Positions 1 to 11,500 of a stretch of 64,000 nt of DNA are shown in pieces. The notes beneath the pieces are model-generated. The model did not search any database. It worked only from the letters and a program-made list of their open reading frames with translations, and was not told the origin of the DNA. The DNA is from Phoronis australis (taxonomy: Eukaryota > Animalia > Phoronida). The stretch lies in the NCBI GenBank assembly GCA_002633005.1, contig NMRA01000206.1:471203-535202 (forward strand). The letters are read 5' to 3'. The translations under genes were made by a program, and so were the position numbers. The stretch's first letter is position 1. Each line of letters begins with the position of its first letter.

Positions 1-68
1 TAGCAGCGTTTGTCAAAATGTATCAACGTTAAATCTTCATAAATTACAAAGTAGCCGGTTGAACATGC

Positions 69-93
69 CTTTCAGTTCAGCAAAAGTCGCCAT
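69..93 (-). CDS. Possible first coding exon (MATFAELK) of a divergent gene running off the left edge
   Basis: caacATGGCG start context beside a GC-rich CCGGAA motif, followed by a possible GC-type donor AAG|gcatgt. Too short to identify. Confidence 0.25.
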
Positions 94-1189
94 GTTGTCG
101 GTGCCGCCGGAAATGAGACTAAGTCCAACGGGAATTCTCAGCACTTTTATCACTCAATAAGTAAGAACTGCGATGCTTAAATTTGGTGAAAACTAGTGAA
201 TCGCGCAGAATAGTAAGTAAAGATATATCTCCCTAATTTTTACCGTAAATTATCGGCGAAAATAATTTATACTAAGTTTTAAACTCGTAACTTATTCCGC
301 TGTCGTCCAAGATGGCCGAACCGATCCAAACAAGTGACCAAAATTTCGCCACAAAAATTGCAATAACTTTGCACTGCTTGGCTCGATTTTGATAATTTTT
401 CGATTTTTATTGAGTAGGATGCATTATCTTCCCGATGATAGTAAAGAATTTTTTCAAAACGAAAAAAAAAATTTTGGTTCGACCGCCCTAGTCCGAGTTA
501 ACGGTGTTTTTGGTCGGGAGTGTCGAATTGCTTACAAACCTCGCTAGTGTTTAATCAGTGGTTGCGCCTTCTTTAAGTAAAACATTTAAAACCACCATTC
601 TCCATTACTTTAACAAATACGGGTAAAATCTAAAGAAACAATTTCACATCTTACACCTCGACATCGTCTGCTTCTCACGCTGCATTCCACCGACTTTTGA
701 CCCAGATTTGTGTGCCCTCTCTGTAGGACGAGTCTATTTATAAGGTGTAATGTAAGAAAAAAATGGACAAAATGCAGTGTGCTTTATGGTCGTATAACTA
801 TTTAAGACATCTTGGAGAATGTAAAATATGGTAGATTTATTTTCATGGCAAGTTATATGGTTTGTGAAATCATGATTTTTGATGTAAATAATATCGTTCT
901 CAAATTACTCTCCCCTTCTAATGTTTGAAAAGACTATACCCATACTTCCTCAGCCAACATGGTGACTTCCATGGGGGATAGAATTAATCGCTGAAAGAAT
1001 TTCTTAAAAGTACCTATTTCATGAGTATCTTGAATTGCGAAGAGTAAACGTTTTCTCATAATCACTGACTAAGTGAGGAATTTTTTAGCCATCGGTGTTA
1101 GAAAGTAGGAAAAGACTCGTTTTCAATTGTTTTGAACCGCCTCACCCTGTTCGTGTTTCTCGACTGTCCGACTCCACTCTCCAGTATTG

Positions 1190-1645
1190 ACAGTGACCAC
1201 CGTCTTTAGCTGGCCGTTGTAGAAATGGAAACTTTTCGGCGAATTGTGCCTCACATTGATTAAAACATCAAAGTCACGTTGTTATAAGTACCTTTTGCTC
1301 ATAGAGGGACACCCTTAGGGGGCTATCGATGTCAAATTCCTTCCAACTCGAATACTTTTAAGTTCTGTAATCTAGTGATCAACCTTTTTCTTGTTACAGT
1401 CCTTAGTTCAGTTACCCAAATCAGCATTTGGCCATTATTTACACTGCGCGTGCTCCTATATTTGCCGCGCCCATCAAGAGCCTCCTTAAGGTGTTAATTC
1501 TTCCATGAGCAAAAGGTACTTATAACAACGTTACTTTGATGTTTTAATCAGTGTGATTCATAATTTGCTGAAAAGCTTCTGGCGTATGAAGCGCGTATAG
1601 GAGCTTCACGGTATTGAAGGCCGGTTGAGACGGTAGTCACTGTCT
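1190..1645. repeat. Inverted pair of a dispersed repeat (arms ~1190-1325 and ~1480-1645)
   Basis: GATTAAAACATCAAAGTCACGTTGTTATAAGTACCTTTTGCTCAT versus its reverse complement at ~1505-1550. A diverged third copy lies at ~43670-43812. Confidence 0.8.
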
Positions 1646-2473
1646 ACTTGCAGTCCTGACTCCTGTCTGTCTTGACCTGCTGAGGTCAAGTGCTGACTGC
1701 TGTATGGCTTAGAGTTAGTTGCGTAGACTGAACAGTAGAAGCAGGTTCCAATTCCAGGTTATTGCCTTCAGAGAGAGAGAGAGCTGCAAACAAAGTGAAT
1801 TGAAAAGTTTCTAATTTTTATGGTCAATCTCTTCTGTTGTGTAATATGAAAACAGGAGTACTGTAATACTGGATTTATACTGTTTAGAAACTTTGCGTGG
1901 TTTCATCTGCTCGACGTCCATTAATGTTCAATTTTTATGTCGTGTTGGCAGTATTTTCTGTACTGTGTGTTGTTCATAAGCATTTTTCTATATTTCTATG
2001 ACTCTGTGTTTTGGTTGGTAGTTCAAAATGTACGTGCATTTAAACTATTACGTTCCTTTTCTTGTCAAATTTTTGCCTGTTGTCGGTCGTAGTCTTAGAT
2101 CAATTTTACTGGTCTCGTGTGGCTAATTGTTCAGGCCCAACTAAGTGCCCACCTCTAAATGTGAGAAAAAATAGCTTCTTAACGCCTTTTGCTCGATTAT
2201 ACTCGACTTCTTGTTCGTTCACTCAATCTTATTTTCAGTTTAAGTGCAGTTAGCATTAAACCTGACTATATGATATATGTCCTACTTACACAGATATAGC
2301 ATTAATCCACAGGCTTAAAAGTGATCGGTGTCATGGAAACTACTGACCATTCAAGAGACTAATTTAAATCAGGTGAATTATTTCCAATATAATGCAAATG
2401 TGTGAGGGAGCCTGAGAAGTGTAGAAGTTGCATAACTAGGTGTGGACTTTTCAGGCATCAATGAGGTAACGAT

Positions 2474-2573
2474 ATGGCAACCAAACGATCCATCGACCAC
2501 GACCCGGATTATGAAGACTACGAAGATGTATCGGATCGACAGACCAAACGTCAAAAAGTCCTGGAACAAGATG
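2474..2573 (+). CDS. YEATS2: YEATS2 coding exon 1 ([33 protein letters not shown])
   Basis: ATG at 2474, donor gttagt at 2574. An upstream acceptor ttttcag at 2454 implies a non-coding first exon. Confidence 0.85.
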
Positions 2574-5500
2574 GTTAGTGATCTCTTGGTGTTTTTGTCC
2601 GTTTATGTGTTTTTGAAGTTTTTGGTGTTTGTGTATGAATTTAAAACTAAACTGTTTTGAATGACTAAAAATTCAACACATCAACATTAACTGGACACTT
2701 AAGAAGCACACCAAGCTAAAGCTGATGAAGGAATCCTCATGACTGTATTTATCATCAGTGTTTGAAAGAGGTAGAGTTGGCATACCTAGACCTTGGTCCT
2801 CCATCATGTCATATGGTCATTATCTCATTTCTTTTTATTTTATAGTGAGAGGGGTGAATCATAAAATAGCTGTGGGTTGTAACATTGCTGTTGCCGAGTG
2901 GGAAACAACAATATTCGTCACGTTTAGTGCTGAGGGCCTTTGTATTACCCAGCCATGTCGATCACTGATCGCACTTGTCTGATACCTAGCTTGGCTTTGT
3001 GTTTGCTTTGTGAATAAATTCAAATTTTGAAGCTGAGATATTATACATATTTTTGTGCCCATACTCAATGGAAGAACTTGTAATCTATATGAATGTTTTC
3101 AGTGAGATTCTGTGATTTTCCCTTTTAAATTAAAGAATTATAACTGATCCAGAAAGTATTGGCACACCATCTAGTACTGGTTCAGTATTCACTGGGGCTT
3201 GAATTGTTTGTGGTGTGGCAGTGATAAGCTGCTCACATACTAGTATGCGTGGCTGGCTACGTGGTCAGAAGTTCAACTCCAGGTGGCGCTGTGCTCTTGT
3301 AGGTAAAGATGCCACGATTAAAAAGATCGAAGACATTGTGCGCCACGAGTTTGAGAAGGAGATTGACTTCAAAGAGCAAGAGATTGACATCATTGATCAG
3401 GTGGGCGGTAACGTCTTAAGTAATGACATTTATAAATAAATTATTGTAAGACGAGACAATGATAAGTTTCCCCTAGCTACAGGAAATTATGACAAAAGCG
3501 CAATGAGATAATACTAAGAAGTCTTAATGAAAGTATTATTTACTGGTTTAAATATCCATGGTTTTATTAAAGCCACATGCATTGACAAAATGTCACTATC
3601 TTCAAACTAGGGAGATCTGTAATAAATAAACGCCACTCGTTCTGTTAGCTAGGTTGCCAAATTAAAAATGTCAAAATGATGCTGAATCTGATGTCAGAAA
3701 TTAAAACTTTTAAATGCTGTAATTTACACAGTACTGGGAAATTCATTCACACCGAGTGTCAATATGGACTTGGTTCATTATGACTGGTAATGTCAAAAGT
3801 GTCATAACACTGGCCTCCTGTCTCTCACACTAGTCAAATTAGCCATTTACATATTATTAAGAGTTACGATTAACAAACTTCTCAAAGATCTTAATGCTGT
3901 AAGCTTTCTCTTGCATCTGTAGAGACTGCATCAGGCACGCACCCTGTTGGACAGACTACGTGCATGTATCGTGGCCAAGTATTACAGCCATTCAACTCCG
4001 TCATCTCAGGTGAGTGACAGACATGCCAGTCTGAACAATTAAAGTGTATGTCTAAAGTAGTCGACCAAATTCCATTTCCACATCATGTCGACTAATTCTA
4101 CTCACAGTGTCATTAACAGGTACTGACCTGTCGTGACTCGTCATTCCAGTAAAATCCTTATTATCAATTGCGGTAAAGTCCATATCACGAGGGACAGCTA
4201 GTCAGATATCAGGGGAATCTCAAGTTAACACAAAAGTATTTTTTGATATTTTCCATTCTGCTTTAATTTGAACTTGAGCTAAGTTGCTAACATTCTGTGT
4301 TCGAGTACATGATGGTTTACATTGACGAGCTTCAATCTCAAGTTCGCACTTGATGACACTTAGATTCAAGCTATAAACTTGAGATTTTGAGTTGAGGCTC
4401 AACTTTATAGCTTTATGCTGGGGTCTTCATGAGCAAACTAGAATTGAGCAGTCATCCATGTAAACCATATCTTACTGGAGCACAGAATAATAGTCACTTA
4501 TCTTGTTCATATTGATAACAAGTAATTTTAAGTTCAATTTCAAATCTTGAGATTAGAACTAGAGTTGCTAAATGGTGTTTATACTTGCCTGCTTGCCTGT
4601 CTTTGACTCAGGCTTCCAGCAGCAGCAGCACGGCCGTCCTCCATCCTGCTGTTAAGAAAATGGTCGGCAAGCGTCCCAAGGCTGAGTATGTTCATCCCGC
4701 ACTGACCGACTCTGCTGCTAAGAAAGAGTCTGTCCAACAAGGGAGCAAAGATTGTCCACCCGCAATAGAACATTTAACGAAACAAGACAAGGAAGAGGTT
4801 TGCTTAGTTATTTACATTGTTGTCTTCCTATCTATTGTTATTTCAAGTGCGTCACAGAACATTTCTATCAGTTAGGCCTACAAGCATTGTTGGTTCTGGT
4901 CTCTTTTTTTTGAAAATTGAGTTGGTGGTTACTCACTTTCTCAAAAAAGAAAATCCACCTGAGAGGAGAAAAAATGATTTCAGATTTATTTTTTTCTCAT
5001 CCCGTTGGAAATCATGACTTTTCAAACCTTGCTTATCCTTGCTTACCCTTGCTTATGTGCCTTTGTGCAGCTTAAAGTAAAACACGACCTTGGCAATGAG
5101 CAAATGTCTCAAAATGAACCAGAGCACAGAAAAGCAGATTCTGTTAAACTTTAGCATGTATTAAAATACTTCTTGTCATGAATGAAATGGATAGCTAGCC
5201 ACATGTATGCTTGTTAAAACTTTCTCAAAGTTTGTCATTGTCAGTTAAGTTTTGAAAACAACTGTTACATTGCATTTGTCTATCACTTTAGCACACTGAT
5301 TCAGCCACAGCAGTTAATGAGGATTTCAAACGGGTCTCCAGATTCAAAGTGAAGAAGAAGATTATTGTCGGGAATGTCTCAAAGTAAGTTGAATGTGATG
5401 GTAACTCGGTATAATTCTGAAGTGTCCCAGGTATGGTCTTTATCTTGAGTTTTTGTACAAACAGAACTTGCTTGAAGAAATAATTGTGGTTTGTATATGT

Positions 5501-8500
5501 AAATGTAAATGTTTTATTTTGATGTTGGAAATCTTTGACAAATATAGCAATTTTACCTTACATAGTAAGAATAGTTCACTAGGTTATTGTAAAACAAAAG
5601 TACCAGCCAAGGATATAATTTTACTGAGAACTAACAGTGTTTTTCTTATTCCGGGAATCTCAAAAGTGTTGTGCATGGTAAAAAAGTTACAAAAAATCCA
5701 CAATTGACTCAAATTGCAGGGAACCAAATTTTTAGAACTTTGGCACTAAACGCAACCAGTTGTTTTGCCAAGGTGGAGAACAATCATAAAAGTTGTTTTC
5801 TGCTGTTCAATTTGGACATAGTAGTGCTCCTTCTGTGGAGCACATGGAGGCTGGAATAGAGTCAGCTGTGTAGAGTCTGCAAAAACCCATCCCCAACTTC
5901 TGTGCCTTGCTTATGAATTATGGATTCCTGGGACACCATTATTCCCAATACAACGGTTTTCTTGTATTCACATTTCAAAGTATTTTGGTAACATTGTTTG
6001 GGACACCCATATTTCTTTTGGGATTTACGATTGGCGAGATAATAGCCACCTGGTAAGTGAGATGGTTTGCAATTGGCCAGATACAATCCAGGATGAACTA
6101 TGATTGGTTAGGTAGTTGTCACATGATAATCGAGATAATTGGTGATTGGCTCAGTTCTTGTCATATGATAAGTGAGGTAACTTGTGATTGGCTAGGTACA
6201 TCCCACATGATAAGCGAGATGAGAATGACCAGGCAACACACAAGTGGATGGTCTATGTCCGTGGCTCTAAGGCAGAGCCCAACATTGATGGTTATGTGAA
6301 GAAGGTCTGGTTCTTTCTGCACCCAAGTTACCGACCTAATGACCTGGTCGTCATAAGGTAATGTATTGTACCGACCTAATGACCTGTCCGTCATAAGGTA
6401 ATGTATTGTACAGACCTAATGACCTGGTCGTCATAAAGTAATGTATTGTACCGACCTTATGACCTGGCCGTCATAAGGTAATGTATTGTACCGACCTAAT
6501 GACCTGGCCATCATAAGGTAATGTATTGTACCGACCTAATGACCTGGCCGTCATAAGGTAATGTATTGTACCGACCTAATGACCTGGCCGTCATAAGGTA
6601 ATGTATTGTACCGACCTAATGACTTGGCCGTCATAAGGTAATGTATTGTACAGACCTAATGACCTGGCCGTCATAAGGTAATGTATTGTCAGGGCTCGAC
6701 GTTATTAAAATCGCCAGGTCGCATTTTGCGACCTAGCCAAAATCCCAGGTCGCATTTTCAAAATCCAGCTCGCATTCGTAAATGCCAGGTCGCAAAATTT
6801 TCCCGCCATTTTTACACGCCAAAATAGATTTTTTAGATCATCGAGAAATTGCTCTTACTTGCAGCGTTAAATACTCACAAATTTCAGATCTCAAAATTGA
6901 CTTCATTCATGCAGGTGCCTTACTGTTCTTCACGACCGCCATTGAAAGACTCTAGAGCGCAAGGCAAGTTGCCGACGTGAAAGTTGAATCAGTGCTCTCT
7001 AACTGACTTGTGCATTCGAGTAGCTAAACTTGCGATGTGAAAAGGGAGAAAATGCCCCTTGAAAAAGTATCCGGGATATTTTTAGATCTGGCCTGCTACT
7101 GGTTGTCATCAAAGTCGTTAACGATTCAAACTAACTCGGGTAATGGCGAGTTTGCTCCGCAATACCTTCCAAGTACGGGAAAAATAGGTCAGTCACAAAA
7201 CGACACGCATGTCACTAGTGTTAACTTTCTTTCCGAGGTATAAAACAAAGCCAGGATTTGGTTTTTACATATTGTGAAAAGACGTTTTTGAAAACTGAAG
7301 TTGTGTAAAATGAAAGTGACACACCATATAAGCTGCGTGACAATTTTAAATCACACGCGGTCGTTTGTAGTGCGCTATGATGAGCGCTAGCTTGAACCGT
7401 GGGCGCTTCATTGGAAATTCTCAAAAAAAAATTAAGGGGGGACTTTTAATAGATCAGTGAGCGCTTATTATGAAACACTTTAAAGGTAGGGAGTAAGCTT
7501 GTGCGTGAGCATAGTCGTTAACCTCAGTGTTTGCGGTAATAAGATATTAAAACGCTGCAATGGTAAGAAACGTTATAATAATACGATTTTGCGAGGCAAA
7601 CTCCATCTCGTAGGGGTGACTTCTGGATATCGTTACCACCTACATTGTACCCTTTTTAGCCACCCGGAATGATTTTGTTTTTAACTGCCCGCTTCAGCCG
7701 GAACAAGGTTGTTTCTATAGGAGTCTGAACATTTTACGGCGACGGTGGTTCGGGGAGCGAAAAGTTGCCGGGGGGGGGGGGTGTATAAAAAGAAGAATGA
7801 AACGTTCGCTAACTTGAACCACAATTTCGCATCTAGTGCCAGTTTAGTTGCAATAACTGGCTACGGGCATAGAATACAGGATTTACAGAACATCGACCTC
7901 GGGAAACATCGGAGCAGGAAAACGTCAGTTCTCGGGGTTATATCGGTCCCGGTACATCGGGTCTTTTATAACCGCTGGGAATCTGAGTTTATTTTCAAAT
8001 AAACCAGAGCCAAGCCGGTATACTCTTCATTTAGGGCAGTCGCTGTTCTTTGAAGTGGTGCGCGCGCGTGAGTTCACGCACTTGAATCGCTGGAGTATGC
8101 CTACACTTTACGTTGGCAACGAACGGGTGAAAGACAAATCATATTTCGCGCAGGTAGCCCCAGAAACAAGTAAGGGGTTAGACAATTTCTTGGCCAGTGG
8201 AAGTAAAGACGTGACCGTCGTTTGGCGATTAATAAGGTTGTCATTTTCACTTTGGCTGTCTAATACGATAAAAAGCAGAAGCACATCTCAGTCTAAGTCA
8301 CGATTGTGTGCCGGGGCCGCTTGCGCGCTAACGGTGCCGCAGTGCGGTATCAGGGATATTGTCGTGGATATTTGGTACATGTAATAAGGATATCTTATGT
8401 GAAACATAAACATTTTTGTCCACCACAAAGTTTGGTAAGTTAATCGCTTAAGAATTAGTAGAAACACCGTTGTTTTGTGAAGTTTTATCACCTGTTAAGC

Positions 8501-11500
8501 AGTGGCCCGAAACTTTCTTCGGCGAATCCGGGAATTTACAAAAGTGGCCGAAAGAGTTAGCCAATGATACGCGTCGAAGATCGATACTGCATATCCCATG
8601 TTCACGCGACTTGCTTACAAGTCATCGGGAGGGCTGTCCCCGTTAGTGTTGTTTTGAACTTGGATTTGGCAGCGACCAAATAACGGTCGGATTAACAAGA
8701 TCTGCTTTGTATTTGCCAGGTATCTGTTGAGAAATGTAAAAACTCAGCTCGCATTCGTTGGAAATTCCAGGTCGCATTTTGCGACTTGATACGAGCTGAC
8801 AAAAATCTCAGCTCGCATTTCCAAATTTCAGGTCGCAAATGCGACCTGCAGCTCGTTATGTCGAGCCCTGATTGTACCGACCTAATGACTTGGCCGTCAT
8901 AAGGTAATGTATTGTACCGACCTAATGTGATGACCAAACTTTGTTGGAAGGTTGATTTGACTAGTCACCAAACGGCACAATTTAAATGCACTTTCATTTT
9001 TTGCGATGTTATTGGTCAATTCTTTATTCATGTGACCCCAGCGTGCAAACCCGTGTATATGTGACTTGCCAGTGCATTTCAGTGTAAGTTGAAGACAAAG
9101 TCTTCTCTATTATTTGTTTTGGGTCCATACACACTGTGAACACACTTCTAATTTGACCAAAAGTGCATTCTACCTACTCTCCACTTTTTCGGCACCTCAT
9201 ATCAGATAAGCTGCTGATGCCAGGCACAGACTCAATTAAAAACAATTATGGACTGTAACGACTGTTGCCACACTCCCCACAGACACAATCAAAGTTAGGT
9301 CTCTTCATGATGTCATGTCATGTGAATGTACTTCGTTACAAGTCTATTTATAGAACGTGTTGCTGGTGACCTTTTGCCTTCATCTGCAGTTGCTTGTCTA
9401 TCACATATGTTATTCCTCAAATCATGATTTAAGGATGTTTGACCTTCATCCTATTGACCTTTGGGTTTTGACCTCTGAGTCTTGACCTCTGGGTCTTGAC
9501 CTCTGGGTCTTGACCTCTGGATTTTCCTGTTTCGTTACAGCCAGTCACCATTTCATCTATGCCGGAGAGGCTGGGGCGAGTTTCCTGTACGGGTTCAGCT
9601 GCACTTCCGTGATCCTCGCAACAAACGTGTTGATATTATTCATAATCTTAAGGCAAGTATTCTCAACACAAGCCATTTGTCTTTTCTTGGGAGTAGCAGT
9701 AGGTTTTTGAAACATTTAATTCCAGGAGTTTGTTTATTTTTCATCTTTTACTTCATATGACTGTATAATCTCACTAAGATTGTGGCTTAATTCTGTTATG
9801 GATCTTGATACATAGTTTGGTGAGTATGTCGCATTAATTTTGAATAAAAGCAACGAATTGCCAAATTTGCCTGTTTTTCATTTCTTGAATGTCGGTAATT
9901 TTCTCAACATATCCAGAACAGAGCATGAAAGTAGTATATCATTACTTTTTGGTGCTTAATTGCTTTTGTGAAAAATGAGAATGAAGTAAGCTGGTGAATT
10001 TTCACCCTAATTGTTGATTGAATTTGAATTGAATTGAAATTGAATTTGAATTGAAGCATTTTCATTCTTTTGCTCACCATGTTACAGCTCGACCGCACTT
10101 ACACAGGTCTTCAAACACTAGGAGCGGAGACTACAGTTGACATTGAGCTGGAAAAGGACAGTCTCCCCTCAACGGCACACGTCAAAGACTTGGTGCTGAA
10201 AAAGGAAAACTGTCATAGCATCCAGAATACCGGAGAGAATCCTCTTGCCAGGTTACATAACGGTTATGTGCAAACACCTTTTGACAAGAAGACTTGTCAA
10301 TCAAACGATGCTCCTAACCATCAGATGAGCATGGATGACCACCAGCAGGTGGCAGGAACGTGCCAGGGTTCGGAGACACAACTGAAGCACGAGTTACACG
10401 AAGCAGTAAGTAGCTCCACCGGTGGGGACAGTAGATCGTGTGCGGTGAACGTAGAAGCAGTTAACACTGGCGGTGTAGTGTCATCTAGTGCTGTGAGCAG
10501 TACAAGCACTGGTAACGTTGACAAATTACAGGTGGAGCCACGTTTCAGTCTGGAACATGGTCCAGGCAGATCTGTCGGTTCTGTCAATCATGTTAGCCTC
10601 GGATTGAAGAAGGAGCCTACTAACGTTAATCTCCGTGAATCTCATGAGAGCCGAAATGCTGCAAACGCTGGCAAAATTTTGTCCACCAACACGCATGGAG
10701 AACTGTTACGCAATATCAAACAAGAGCCTATGGACACGAGTTTTGTGGCGGCTAATCATGCTATCTCAAAAGCTGCGCAGCCGTTGCAGTTCAAGCGTTC
10801 AGAGAAATCAGCCAGCACATCGGTTGCTGGGAAACCGTTGCTGAGTTTCGGCCAAACCAACGGTCGTATGCCATTACTACAGCCTAATACTACATATGTT
10901 CGGTGTGTCGACAACAGTGGTAAGATCTATCTGGTCCCGCACCACCTCATACCCAAACTAGTTGACTCAGGAAACATCCAGAAATCCGGCGCTACGGAGC
11001 TGCTATCGAAATCCCTGCTGGCGACACCTGGTGCAAATACTGGCACAGCTGTTGCTCCGACTGCCACTTTGGTAAGACCGTCTATGTCTGTGGGGCAGAC
11101 GTCAAAAGTTGTCGGTGAACAAAGCCTAATAAAAACTAACAAGTCTAAAAGTCTTTTAAATTTAGGCATTGCTACTGGAACATCAACTGCTACAGACAAA
11201 CGAAGTTTTGCTGTCGGTGCTGCGACAATCTCAAAAATAGGAACCTGTCCAACTAGCGCGAATACTGCTGCTAAGCTGTTCAATAACAGCGCAAATACTG
11301 CTGCTAAGTCTCTTCAGAACAGTGCTCAGTTTGTGGTCAATAGCAAGAATCCGTCTGGTTCTAAGTACGTTATTATACGCACAAGTACGCCAGGGTCAAA
11401 TCCTGGTGTCACCAAGCCATATCTGCTGGCTCAGATACCAGCGAACCCTGTTGTAGAGACATCCAACAACTCGAACAAATTGACTCAGGCTAAGGCTGAA

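Noticed and set aside
5071-5154. Extra YEATS2 exon after tgtgcag ([11 protein letters not shown]...)
   Set aside because: Good acceptor but no convincing donor before the in-frame TAG; exons 4 and 5 already join in phase.
6329-6688. 40-bp array as a CRISPR array
   Set aside because: Head-to-tail units with no unique spacers, eukaryotic intron context, derived from the exon/intron junction, and no cas genes.
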